From positions 81,420 to 145,419 of the forward strand of contig JBGARY010000002.1 in assembly GCA_044229985.1 (NCBI GenBank): 64,000 nucleotides of DNA. Reading direction: 5' to 3'. The translations under genes were made by a program, and so were the position numbers. Shown piece after piece: positions 53,648 through 62,470 of this stretch (its first letter is position 1; every line of letters begins with the position of its first letter). The notes beneath the pieces were generated by a model. It did no database searches, was not told where the DNA came from, and saw nothing but the letters and a program-made list of their open reading frames with translations. The stretch is from Chitinophagaceae bacterium. GTDB lineage: Bacteria; Bacteroidota; Bacteroidia; Chitinophagales; Chitinophagaceae.

Positions 53648-54328
53648 TTACCTGAGTTTATCAGTTATTTCATTACTCAGCGGGGAAACAGAAGGATCAA
53701 AATAATTGGCAAGTACTCCGTTTTCATCTACCAGGTATTTGGAAAAATTCCAACTAGGCTGCTGGTTACACCATCCGTTTTTTGAAGAATCAGTCAGCCA
53801 CTGATATACCGGATTTTGTTGTGCTGATTTTATCACCACTGATTTTTTCATAACGGGGAATGTAACCCCATAGTTTTTCTGGCAGAACTGTGCTATTTCT
53901 TCATCCGTTCCCTTTTCCTGTTCTTTAAAATCATTGGCCGGAAAACCGATCACCAGTAGTTTGTTTTTGAATTGATCATATAGTTTTTGCAGATCGGCAT
54001 ATTGATTAGTGTAGCCGCAATCAGAAGCCGTATTCACCAGCAAAAGCTTTTTCCCCTTAAAGTCAGCAAACTTTAATTCCTTTCCATCGATTTGTGTGGC
54101 GGATAAATCATAAAATGACACAACCGGGGATTTTGCAGATTCGTTTTTCATTTTTTTTGTGTTTGTGCCGGTGAGTTTGGTAATCCACATAAAGGCAGGG
54201 TAAACAGCTTTTAATACTTTCTGTCGGTACGTCATATTCTTTGAATTACGGTTGACAATTTCCACATACACCACAAAAACAGTGATGAGTAACAGAAGAA
54301 CAATTATCAGCCTTTTTAGTTTTCTCAT
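53648..54328 (-). CDS. glutathione peroxidase with N-terminal membrane anchor
   Basis: 226-aa ORF. TM anchor, then NTASDCGYTNQY, FPANDFKEQE, WNFSKYL. The start overlaps the ALDH stop (ATGA). Confidence 0.85.
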   Translation of the reverse strand: MRKLKRLIIVLLLLITVFVVYVEIVNRNSKNMTYRQKVLKAVYPAFMWITKLTGTNTKKMKNESAKSPVVSFYDLSATQIDGKELKFADFKGKKLLLVNTASDCGYTNQYADLQKLYDQFKNKLLVIGFPANDFKEQEKGTDEEIAQFCQKNYGVTFPVMKKSVVIKSAQQNPVYQWLTDSSKNGWCNQQPSWNFSKYLVDENGVLANYFDPSVSPLSNEITDKLR

Positions 54329-55698
54329 TTAATCACCCATTTAAACAATTTCAATTTTCCTTTAAATGGCGGGTACTTGATGGCCGGGTCAAACCAGGTG
54401 GGTGTTTTCATTACCGCCTTTTTATGACTAAAGGTTTCAAATGAGTATTTGCCGTGATAACAGCCCATTCCGCTAAACCCCCGGCCACCGAAGGGCAGGT
54501 GATGATTGGTCAGGTGCCAGCTGGAGTTGTTGACACAGGCACCCCCAGCAGGTATCGCCTGCAACCACTCTTCTTCTTTGCAGGAACTGGATGTATAAAT
54601 GTAAAATGATAAGGGGTTGGGATGCCGGTCAATAATGGCCTTTGCCTCTTCCATTGTCTCAAAGGAGATAACAGGAAGCACAGGGCCGAATATCTCATCA
54701 TTCATCACTGGTGCATCTAAAGAGATATTAGTAAGGATAGTGGGCTCAATAAACAGTTTTTCTTTATCTGTTCTGCCACCAAATTCGATTGAACCGTTTG
54801 ACAAGTAACCGGCAATCCTGTTGAACTGTCTTTCATTAATGATCTTTCCGTAGTTATAACTTTCTTCCGGCTTTTCGCTGAAAAACTTTGGCAATGTTGC
54901 TTTTAACTCACTCAGCAATTTATCTTTTACCGATGCATGCACCAGCACATAATCCGGCGCCACACACATTTGTCCTGCATTAGAAAATTTGGTGACGGCA
55001 ATGCGTCGGGCTGCCACTTTAATATTCGCATCGCTTTCCACCACACAGGGGCTTTTACCCCCCAGTTCCAAAGTAACCGGCACCAATCTTTCGGCCGCCA
55101 TTTTGTAAATAATCTTGCCAACAGCTGTGCTGCCCGTAAAAAAAATATGATCAAACGTAAAGTTGTTCATCATAGCAGGTATCAGCGCCTGGCCCTCTCC
55201 CTGTACACAAAGAATATATTCAGGCGGGAAAGCGTTTTCAACGATGCGTTTTATCACTGCGGCTGTTGCAGGGGCCAATTCACTGGGCTTTATCACCGCA
55301 CAATTACCTGCTGCTATAGCACCGATAAGCGGGTTAATAAGTAACTGAACAGGATAATTCCATGGACCAATGATCATCACAACGCCTAACGGCTCTCTCA
55401 TTACTCTGCTGCCCGAAGGAAGATTGAGCAGGTTTGTTGACACCCTTTCCGGCTCCATCCAGTTTCGCAAATCCTTTATAGCCGCATTTAGTTCCGCTAT
55501 CACCATGCCGGTTTCAGTCACCCAGGTTTCTTCTTTGCTTTTTTTCAAATCAGTATATAATGCATCGTACAGTTGCTCTTCATGATTTAAAATAGAAGCC
55601 TTCAGCTTTTTTAATTGTTCCTTTCTGAATGAATACGGTTTTGTTTCCCCGCCGTTAAAGTATTGCCGCATTTTTTCCAGGCTGGCTATATCTGACAT
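54325..55698 (-). CDS. aldehyde dehydrogenase family protein
   Basis: Start moved from 55836 to ATG 55698 (MSDIASLEKMRQYF). Motifs ELGGKSP, FSNAGQMCVAPDY, EIFGPVLP. Confidence 0.9.
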   Translation of the reverse strand: MSDIASLEKMRQYFNGGETKPYSFRKEQLKKLKASILNHEEQLYDALYTDLKKSKEETWVTETGMVIAELNAAIKDLRNWMEPERVSTNLLNLPSGSRVMREPLGVVMIIGPWNYPVQLLINPLIGAIAAGNCAVIKPSELAPATAAVIKRIVENAFPPEYILCVQGEGQALIPAMMNNFTFDHIFFTGSTAVGKIIYKMAAERLVPVTLELGGKSPCVVESDANIKVAARRIAVTKFSNAGQMCVAPDYVLVHASVKDKLLSELKATLPKFFSEKPEESYNYGKIINERQFNRIAGYLSNGSIEFGGRTDKEKLFIEPTILTNISLDAPVMNDEIFGPVLPVISFETMEEAKAIIDRHPNPLSFYIYTSSSCKEEEWLQAIPAGGACVNNSSWHLTNHHLPFGGRGFSGMGCYHGKYSFETFSHKKAVMKTPTWFDPAIKYPPFKGKLKLFKWVIK

Positions 55699-55729
55699 TA
55701 GTTCTAATTTTATAACAAGGTACACAAAT

Positions 55730-56167
55730 ATGACGGACGAATATTTCATGATGCAGGCGCTGAAGGAAGCCCGGAAAGCATTTGAAGAAGAAGAAATTCC
55801 CATTGGCGCCGTGGTAGTGGTGAATGACAAGATCATTGCCCGGGGTCATAATATGACTGAAAGGTTAAATGACCCGACTGCCCATGCTGAAATGATTGCC
55901 CTAACTGCTGCTTTTAATTCGCTGGGAAGCAAATACCTGCCGGAGGGAACACTATATGTAACAGTTGAGCCTTGTTTTATGTGTGCCGGCGCAGCTTACT
56001 GGAGCAAGATCGGCAAAGTGGTCTACGGCGCTGATGATGAAAAGAATGGTTATAAGAAAACAGCCGGTGCCAACTGGCCATTTCATCCTAAAACAGAATT
56101 GATACGAGGGGTGATGAAAGAGGAATGTGCGCAGCTGATGAAAGATTTCTTTAAATCAAAAAGATAA
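55730..56167 (+). CDS. tadA: tRNA adenosine(34) deaminase / nucleoside deaminase
   Basis: 145-aa ORF. Zinc motifs HAEMIAL and PCFMCAGA. Confidence 0.88.
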   Translation: MTDEYFMMQALKEARKAFEEEEIPIGAVVVVNDKIIARGHNMTERLNDPTAHAEMIALTAAFNSLGSKYLPEGTLYVTVEPCFMCAGAAYWSKIGKVVYGADDEKNGYKKTAGANWPFHPKTELIRGVMKEECAQLMKDFFKSKR

Positions 56168-56170
56168 CAC

Positions 56171-56497
56171 ATGGCAAAAGCGGCTATCCGAAAGAAGGTG
56201 ACTACTACCCATCCCCGCACCGGCAGCCAGTTTAATATCGCTGCTGAAATTTATGAACCATTCAAAGCAGCCATTTTACAAAGTTTGAAGGGGAGCAAAG
56301 GCAAAACCTTTACTGAACTGACTGATGATGTAGTCGGCATCATCAAAAAGAAAATGCCGTCTTTTAAAAAATCTATACCCTGGTACACTATATCCATCCG
56401 CCTCGACCTTGAATCAAGAGGCATAGTGGAAACTTTTACCGAAAAGGGCAAAAAACTTAACCGGCTGAAATCCACTGCCCCTAAAGGAGAGAAATAA
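56171..56497 (+). CDS. hypothetical Lys-rich protein
   Basis: 108-aa ORF starting 3 nt after the tadA stop. No family recognised. Confidence 0.6.
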   Translation: MAKAAIRKKVTTTHPRTGSQFNIAAEIYEPFKAAILQSLKGSKGKTFTELTDDVVGIIKKKMPSFKKSIPWYTISIRLDLESRGIVETFTEKGKKLNRLKSTAPKGEK

Positions 56498-56601
56498 AAA
56501 CGATTATTTACGAGTTCGGAAAGATTCCTTTTATAAAAAATTAAAATCAACTATCACAGTGTAAATTTGTTATTCTTCAAAACTATTATTCACTTCCTCA
56601 A

Positions 56602-56616
56602 TCCCCCTTTAGGGGA
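56602..56616. repeat. near-palindromic 15-mer tccccctttagggga (copy 2, inverted)
   Basis: Exact reverse complement of 31887-31901. Followed by tggggg. Ends about 20 nt upstream of the sod ATG. Confidence 0.4.
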
Positions 56617-56636
56617 TGGGGGCAAATAAATTTATT

Positions 56637-57230
56637 ATGTCATTTACACTAGCACCCCTTCCTTATGCACATGATGCGCTGGAACCGCATATCGACACAC
56701 AAACCATGCAGATACACCACGGCAAACACCACCAGGCTTATGTTGACAACCTGAATAAAGCCATTGCCGGCACCGATAATGAAAACAAAAGCCTGGAAGA
56801 ACTGGTTGCTTATGCAGGCAGTATTTCGCCAGCGGTTCGTAATAATGGCGGTGGTCACTGGAATCATACTTTTTTCTGGGAAAGTCTTGCCCCCAATGCA
56901 GGCGGCGCACCAACGGGAAAATTGGCGGATGCCATCAATGCAGCGTTTGGCTCATTTGATGCATTCAAGGAAAAATTTGCAGCTGCAGGTATGACCCGTT
57001 TTGGAAGCGGCTGGGCCTGGTTAATAGAACAGGATGGCAAACTCGTTATTTCTTCTACACCAAACCAGGATAATCCACTGATGGATGTAGCAGATGTAAA
57101 AGGCAAACCCATCCTCGGAGTTGATGTTTGGGAACATGCTTATTATCTCAAATACCAAAATCGCAGAGCTGATTATCTTGCAGCTTTCTGGAATGTGGTT
57201 AACTGGAATAAAGTAGCTGAAAGGTTCTAA
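56637..57230 (+). CDS. Fe/Mn superoxide dismutase
   Basis: Start moved to ATG 56637 ([20 protein letters not shown]). Motifs HHGKHH and DVWEHAYY. Confidence 0.95.
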   Translation: MSFTLAPLPYAHDALEPHIDTQTMQIHHGKHHQAYVDNLNKAIAGTDNENKSLEELVAYAGSISPAVRNNGGGHWNHTFFWESLAPNAGGAPTGKLADAINAAFGSFDAFKEKFAAAGMTRFGSGWAWLIEQDGKLVISSTPNQDNPLMDVADVKGKPILGVDVWEHAYYLKYQNRRADYLAAFWNVVNWNKVAERF

Positions 57231-57243
57231 GAAACTTTTATCA

Positions 57244-57276
57244 TAAAAAAAGGGCTTCAGTGAAGCCCTTTTTTTA
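57244..57276. terminator. bidirectional terminator between convergent sod and asd
   Basis: agggcttc-agt-gaagccct flanked by A7 and T7. The T-run overlaps the asd stop codon. Confidence 0.75.
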
Positions 57277-58281
57277 TATCAATCCCTTTTGCAGCAGGTA
57301 TTCTGCTATTTGCACTGCATTGGTAGCAGCTCCCTTTCTCAGGTTATCTGAAACCACCCACATGTTTAAAGTGTTGGGCTGACTTTCATCCCTTCTCAGC
57401 CTGCCCACAAATACTTCATCTTTTTCGTGGGCATCCATCGGCATGGGGTATTGCTGCGTGGCAGTATCATCTACAACAATAACACCGGGAGCAGACTGCA
57501 GTATTGATTTTACTTCTGCCAGGTCAAAATCATTGGCAAATTCTACGTTTACACTTTCACTGTGCCCGCCCATCACCGGGATACGAACCGTGGTGGCTGT
57601 AACACGAATAGAATCATCCCGCATGATCTTACAGGTTTCCTTTACCATTTTCATTTCCTCTTTGGTGTAACCGTTTTCCAAAAACATATCAATTTGCGGT
57701 ATTACATTCAGATCAATGGGGTATTTGTAGGCCATCGGGTAATCTGTATTCTCCCCTTTCACTTCTTTAACCCTTTCACCTTTTAACTGATCAACAGCCT
57801 TGACTCCTGTACCAGTCACACTCTGGTAAGTACTCACCACAATTCGTTTGATACCATACTTCTTATGCAGCGGATTTAAGGCCACTACCATTTGTATAGT
57901 AGAACAATTAGGATTAGCAATGATCTTATCGTTTACAGTCAGTATATCCGCATTGATCTCCGGCACCACCAGCGGCCTGGCTGGATCCATCCGCCATGCA
58001 GACGAATTATCGATCACAGTTATTCCTGCTTCTGCAAATTTGGGGGCCCACTCCAGCGAAGTGCTTCCCCCGGCTGAAAAAATTGCCACAGCAGGTTTGG
58101 CAGCAATAGCATCTGTCATGCTCACCACTTTATATTTATTTCCCTTGAACTCCACTTCCTTGCCAACTGATTTTTCAGAAGCAACCGGCATAATTTCTGT
58201 AACCGGAAAATTTCTTTCTGCCAGTACCTGTAACATCTTAGTGCCAACTAATCCTGTGGCCCCTACTACTGCAACTTTCAT
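57274..58281 (-). CDS. asd: aspartate-semialdehyde dehydrogenase
   Basis: 335-aa ORF. MKVAVVGATGLVG Rossmann start and active-site NPNCSTIQ. Confidence 0.95.
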   Translation of the reverse strand: MKVAVVGATGLVGTKMLQVLAERNFPVTEIMPVASEKSVGKEVEFKGNKYKVVSMTDAIAAKPAVAIFSAGGSTSLEWAPKFAEAGITVIDNSSAWRMDPARPLVVPEINADILTVNDKIIANPNCSTIQMVVALNPLHKKYGIKRIVVSTYQSVTGTGVKAVDQLKGERVKEVKGENTDYPMAYKYPIDLNVIPQIDMFLENGYTKEEMKMVKETCKIMRDDSIRVTATTVRIPVMGGHSESVNVEFANDFDLAEVKSILQSAPGVIVVDDTATQQYPMPMDAHEKDEVFVGRLRRDESQPNTLNMWVVSDNLRKGAATNAVQIAEYLLQKGLI

Positions 58282-58335
58282 TAAACGCTGTTTTATTCAC
58301 TTCCCTTCTGCCTTTAGCCGATAAGGAGTGAGGTT

Positions 58336-58365
58336 AAAAAATAAGGCCTTCCGTTTGGAAGGCCT
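58336..58365 (-). terminator. intrinsic terminator in the asd leader (attenuator candidate)
   Basis: The minus strand reads aggccttcc-aaac-ggaaggcct (9-bp GC-rich stem) followed by tatttttt. It ends about 55 nt upstream of the asd ATG. Confidence 0.6.
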
Positions 58366-58408
58366 GCTAAACTTTTATGCTGACACACATAACGCTGCAA
58401 ACCTTCCC

Positions 58409-58453
58409 TCAGGAATGTTTCTTATTGCGTTTTGTATGCTTCACTATCATCAT
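58409..58453 (-). CDS. candidate 14-codon leader peptide of asd (MMIVKHTKRNKKHS)
   Basis: Hand translation of the minus strand: ATG ATG ATA GTG AAG CAT ACA AAA CGC AAT AAG AAA CAT TCC TGA. It lies between a consensus promoter and a terminator/antiterminator pair. Speculative. Confidence 0.3.
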   Translation of the reverse strand: MMIVKHTKRNKKHS

Positions 58454-58481
58454 TGCGGTGTCTGCCTGTCCGGCAGGCAGG

Positions 58482-58513
58482 CAAAAATAAAGGGGCAGGC
58501 TATTTCAACCAAA
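58482..58513 (-). promoter_or_regulatory. Bacteroidota-type promoter (-33 TTTG / -7 TAnnTTTG) for the asd leader
   Basis: Minus strand: TTTG (58513-58510), 20-nt spacer, TATTTTTG (58489-58482). This is an exact match to TAnnTTTG. Confidence 0.4.
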
Positions 58514-58568
58514 AATTCATCCGAAATTGTAGTACACAAATTTTAAAATCATTATTTATCTTGACATA

Positions 58569-60278
58569 ATGAAACCAACCTTATCCATTTTACTGCTTTT
58601 TATACTTACACCTGTTTGTTTATTCTCCCAAAACAGGTACGATGTGGTGATTGGTGAAATAATGGCCGATCCTTCTCCACAGGTAGGACTACCAAATAAC
58701 GAGTGGATTGAATTAAAAAATACGACTTCGGCTCCCATCAATTTGCAGAACTGGCGCATTGGTGATGCTACCGGTCAAAGCGGCCCCATGCCCGGTTTTA
58801 TTTTACAGCCGGACAGTTTTGTGATCGTTTGCACCGGCAGTGCGGTGGCAGCAATGTCAGCCTTTGGCACCACCATTTCGGTCACCAGTTTTCCTTCGCT
58901 GGATAATGATGGCGACCAGTTGTTTCTTAGAGCAGCTAATGGTAGAACAATTCATGCTGTGGCTTATACCTCTGCCTGGTATCAAAATGAATTGAAAAAA
59001 GAAGGCGGCTGGACGCTGGAAATGGTTGATACCAAAAATCCCTGCGCCGGTATGAGCAACTGGAAAGCCAGCACCAATACAACAGGGGGTACACCGGGAA
59101 AGAAAAATTCAGTTGACGCAGTAAATAATGATGCAGCCGTTCCACAATTAAAAAGAGCTTATACTACTGATAACACAACCATCATACTTGTATTTGATGA
59201 ACCCGTGGATAGTTTGATTGGGGCTACTCTTTCAAATTATTCCATTGATGGTAGCCTTACCCTGATCAGCGCCACTTCCCTTGCGCCGCTTTTTAATATG
59301 GTACAACTAAGAACCGGCAGTGCATTGGCTGCAAATACCGTTTACACTATTACAGCTTCCAATATCAGGGATTGTAAAGGCAATAGTATTGGCAATGCGA
59401 ATAAAGTAAGGGTTGGTTTGCCAACAGATGCTGCATCCGGGGAATGGATCATCAATGAAATACTGTTCAATCCCCGGAGCAATGCCTTTGATTATGTGGA
59501 GTTCTATAATAACAGTAACAAAATATTTGACGCATCAAAGCTTTATATCGCCAACCGTAACAGCAGTGGCGTGGTCAGTTCGATAAAAGCACTGAGCCCT
59601 GTTCCCTTTTACGTTTTCCCCGGTGATCATATCGTGGAAACAGAAGATGCAGCCAGCTTGTCATTGCAATACCTGGTGAAGAACCCGGACAATGTATTGA
59701 TCATTTCCTCTCCCCCTTCATTCCCGGATGATGAAGGAACAGTAGTGGCGCTAAACTTCCAGGGCAATGTGATTGATGAAGTGAAATACAAAGATGACTG
59801 GCATTTTAAACTCATTGACAATGCAGAAGGTGTAGCGCTGGAAAGAATTGATCCGAATGCACCATCACAGGACCCTGCCAACTGGACCAGCGCCGCCTCA
59901 ACGGCTGGCTATGGCACACCCACATATCAAAATTCCCAATACAAGAGAATCCAGTCCATCAATGCCACCATTGAAATAACACCAAAAGTTTTCTCACCAG
60001 ATAATGACGGCAGGGATGATATCGCCACTATTCAATATGCTGTAACCGAAACGGGGTATGTGGCCAACATCACCATCTTTGATCCTTCGGGCAGACCGGT
60101 TCGTAATTTGGTTCGTAACGGCACGATGGGACTAAACGGTTACTGGAACTGGGACGGGCTGGATGATAAGGGTCTAAAACTGCCGGTAGGTACTTATGTT
60201 GTGTTTACAGAAATATTTAACCTGCAAGGGAAAAAGCAACAGTTAAAAAATGTGGTAGTGCTTGCGAGGAAATTATAA
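58569..60278 (+). CDS. secreted lamin-tail-domain (LTD) protein with C-terminal beta sorting-like domain
   Basis: 569-aa ORF with signal peptide. LTD-like segments (VVIGEIMADPSP...NEWIELKNTTSAPINLQNWRI; WIINEILFNP...YVEFYNNS). C-terminal FSPDNDGRDD...ITIFDPSGRPVRNL. Confidence 0.8.
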   Translation: MKPTLSILLLFILTPVCLFSQNRYDVVIGEIMADPSPQVGLPNNEWIELKNTTSAPINLQNWRIGDATGQSGPMPGFILQPDSFVIVCTGSAVAAMSAFGTTISVTSFPSLDNDGDQLFLRAANGRTIHAVAYTSAWYQNELKKEGGWTLEMVDTKNPCAGMSNWKASTNTTGGTPGKKNSVDAVNNDAAVPQLKRAYTTDNTTIILVFDEPVDSLIGATLSNYSIDGSLTLISATSLAPLFNMVQLRTGSALAANTVYTITASNIRDCKGNSIGNANKVRVGLPTDAASGEWIINEILFNPRSNAFDYVEFYNNSNKIFDASKLYIANRNSSGVVSSIKALSPVPFYVFPGDHIVETEDAASLSLQYLVKNPDNVLIISSPPSFPDDEGTVVALNFQGNVIDEVKYKDDWHFKLIDNAEGVALERIDPNAPSQDPANWTSAASTAGYGTPTYQNSQYKRIQSINATIEITPKVFSPDNDGRDDIATIQYAVTETGYVANITIFDPSGRPVRNLVRNGTMGLNGYWNWDGLDDKGLKLPVGTYVVFTEIFNLQGKKQQLKNVVVLARKL

Positions 60279-60350
60279 GGCGTAAGCCGTTAATCTACGA
60301 ATTTAGTGAGTACTTATAATTTCCGAAGCAAACTCCAAATATCTGTCAGC

Positions 60351-60695
60351 ATGAACAAACCTGGATACTTTTATATTCTGTCTAATGCTCATAATAAAGT
60401 TTTGTATTGCGGAGCAACTGACGATTTGTGCAGGAGAGTTAATGAGCACAAAAACGGAGTTTATACAAATAGCTTCACCTCCAGGTATAATATCAATAAA
60501 CTGGTTTATTATGAAGTTTTTTCACTTACAGCTGATGCGTTTAAACGGGAGAAGCAGGTTAAAGGAGGCTCAAGGCTTAAAAAAATCAAGCTTATAGAAA
60601 GCATAAACCCTGATTGGACAGATTTAACTGAGAAAATTTCTCAGAACAAAGGTGAAGAGCTGAACAGGATAATTAGGTTGCTTCGCCCCCGGTAA
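60351..60695 (+). CDS. stand-alone GIY-YIG nuclease-family protein
   Basis: Start moved to ATG 60351 (MNKPGYFYILSNAHNKVLYCGATDDLCRRVNEHKNG). GIY/YIG and R..EHK motifs. Confidence 0.8.
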   Translation: MNKPGYFYILSNAHNKVLYCGATDDLCRRVNEHKNGVYTNSFTSRYNINKLVYYEVFSLTADAFKREKQVKGGSRLKKIKLIESINPDWTDLTEKISQNKGEELNRIIRLLRPR

Positions 60696-60736
60696 ATTTC
60701 TTTTAAAGGAAAAAATCATTCGGGGGGCTCGCAAGT

Positions 60737-61660
60737 CTAAACCAACTCTATATCAAAACTCACCAAATCCTTAAACTGCTGAATGCGGCTGGAAATATCT
60801 TCTGAGGTCACTTCTTTTAATCTTGTAGGGCCAAATTTTTCCACGCAGAAACTGGCCATAGCAGAGCCCACAATAATTCCCCGTTTCATATTATCAAAAG
60901 AAATATCACCTGTTTTTGCAAGGTGACCGATAAAGCCTCCGGCAAAAGTATCTCCGGCGCCAGTGGGGTCGAATACATCTTCTAATGGCAATGCAGGCGC
61001 AAAGAACACTTCATCATCCTGGAAGAGTAAAGCGCCATGTTCCCCTTTTTTTATGATCAGGTATTTAGGCCCCATTTGTAAAATAGCTTTGGCTGCTTTT
61101 ACCAATGAAAAAAGGCCTGTCAGTTGCCTTGCCTCTGCGTCATTCACAATCAGCATGTCCACATACTTCAAAACGATCTTCAGTTCAGACATAGCTGATT
61201 CCATCCAGAAATTCATCGTGTCCATGGCAATCAGCTTGGGCCGCTGCTTCAGTTCCTGTATTACATTCAGCTGAATTTTTGGCGCCAGGTTACCCAGCAT
61301 CAGAAATTCAGCTCCCTGGTAACTGTCAGGAATTTTAGGATCAAAATCAGCCAGTACATTCAAATCAGTAACGAGTGTATCCCTGCTGTTCATGTCCTCA
61401 TGATAACGGCCGCTCCAGAAGAAAGATTTCTTATCAGGCACCACTTCTACACCATCCAGCCATACACCCCTGCTGCGTAACTCAGCCAGTTCTTCCTCCG
61501 GAAAATCATTTCCGATAATGGAAATCTGCTGAACTGGTTTTACAAAATTGCTGGCTGCATAAGCTACATAGGTAGCAGACCCCCCCACAATTTTATCGGT
61601 TTTTCCAAAAGGCGTTTCAATCGCATCAAAGGCCATGGTTCCAACGGTGATAAGTGACAT
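60737..61660 (-). CDS. PfkB-family carbohydrate kinase
   Basis: 307-aa ORF. PfkB C-terminal signature DPTGAGDTFAGGF. Confidence 0.85.
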   Translation of the reverse strand: MSLITVGTMAFDAIETPFGKTDKIVGGSATYVAYAASNFVKPVQQISIIGNDFPEEELAELRSRGVWLDGVEVVPDKKSFFWSGRYHEDMNSRDTLVTDLNVLADFDPKIPDSYQGAEFLMLGNLAPKIQLNVIQELKQRPKLIAMDTMNFWMESAMSELKIVLKYVDMLIVNDAEARQLTGLFSLVKAAKAILQMGPKYLIIKKGEHGALLFQDDEVFFAPALPLEDVFDPTGAGDTFAGGFIGHLAKTGDISFDNMKRGIIVGSAMASFCVEKFGPTRLKEVTSEDISSRIQQFKDLVSFDIELV

Positions 61661-61873
61661 GATTCTTACTATTAAATTTTTGCTTGATATTTTAGTACCT
61701 GAATCTGTAGCCCTTGCTCAGCACTCTCAACTATAGACTACCGACTGCCTGTAAGGCGCCGCAAACCTACCTAAATTTTAGCTACCTGAAAAAAGGGCTT
61801 CTGCCCATTAGGGCAACCTATATTGATATAACTCATATTTTCCAATAAAACATGGTTTGTTATCTTTGAAACT

Positions 61874-62467
61874 ATGGCAAAAGCACAACGACAAAAAGCT
61901 TCCAAAAAAGGGCTGATCCTGAAGAAAGCAGCTGCTATGTTCAGGGAAAAAGGCTTCGCCGCCACTTCTATGCGGGATTTGGCAGAAGCAGTAGGTATTG
62001 AAGCTGCCAGCCTGTACAATCATATCCGGTCCAAAAACGAGATTCTGGAAGCCATCTGTTTTGATGTAGCCAATGTTTATAATACAACGATTGAAGCCAT
62101 TGAAAGCAGTTCCCATAAATCAATTGCCAAAATTGAGCAGTTGCTCCGTTTTCATATCAAACAGATGACAGGCAATTATGAAGCTGTTTATGTTAGCGAC
62201 AGGGAATGGAAACACCTGGAAGAGCCTTATCTCTCTAATTTCCAGAATCAGCGAAGAAGCTATCGCAAAAAGTTTGCTTCAATCATTGAAGATGGCATTG
62301 CAAAGAACGAGATCAGAAAAATTGATGCGCCAACTGCAGTTCTCATCATGCTGCATGCTGTTAGCGGCATTGAAAGCTGGCACCGCAGCAAGGCCCGCAT
62401 CAGCGCCCAGGAACTGGAAGACAATATGGTAATGATCATGATCGATGGCTTAAGAAAACAATCCTGA
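61874..62467 (+). CDS. TetR/AcrR-family transcriptional regulator
   Basis: 197-aa ORF. HTH KGFAATSMRDLAEAVGIEAASLYNHIRSKNEIL. Confidence 0.88.
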   Translation: MAKAQRQKASKKGLILKKAAAMFREKGFAATSMRDLAEAVGIEAASLYNHIRSKNEILEAICFDVANVYNTTIEAIESSSHKSIAKIEQLLRFHIKQMTGNYEAVYVSDREWKHLEEPYLSNFQNQRRSYRKKFASIIEDGIAKNEIRKIDAPTAVLIMLHAVSGIESWHRSKARISAQELEDNMVMIMIDGLRKQS

Positions 62468-62470
62468 TTT

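Noticed and set aside
55699-55836. Long N-terminal extensions of several track ORFs (also 14729-14812, 16176-16271, 33180-33239, 36309-36377, 46687-46704, 48954-49001, 56616-56636, 60306-60350)
   Set aside because: In each case an internal ATG gives a canonical family N-terminus or signal peptide. The extension overlaps the neighbouring gene or intergenic structure, so I trimmed the starts. Start positions remain uncertain by nature.
57848-58324. 158-aa ORF antisense to asd, and the 72-aa ORF 58328..58546
   Set aside because: The first is a shadow of asd. The second lies across the promoter, uORF and terminator structures of the asd leader and has no protein-like features.
58336-58481. Lysine riboswitch as the explanation for the asd leader
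   Set aside because: I could not recognise the conserved L-box core segments, and the leader between the promoter and terminator (about 140 nt) is short for one. A leader-peptide model fits the observed uORF and pairing better. An Rfam scan should still be run.
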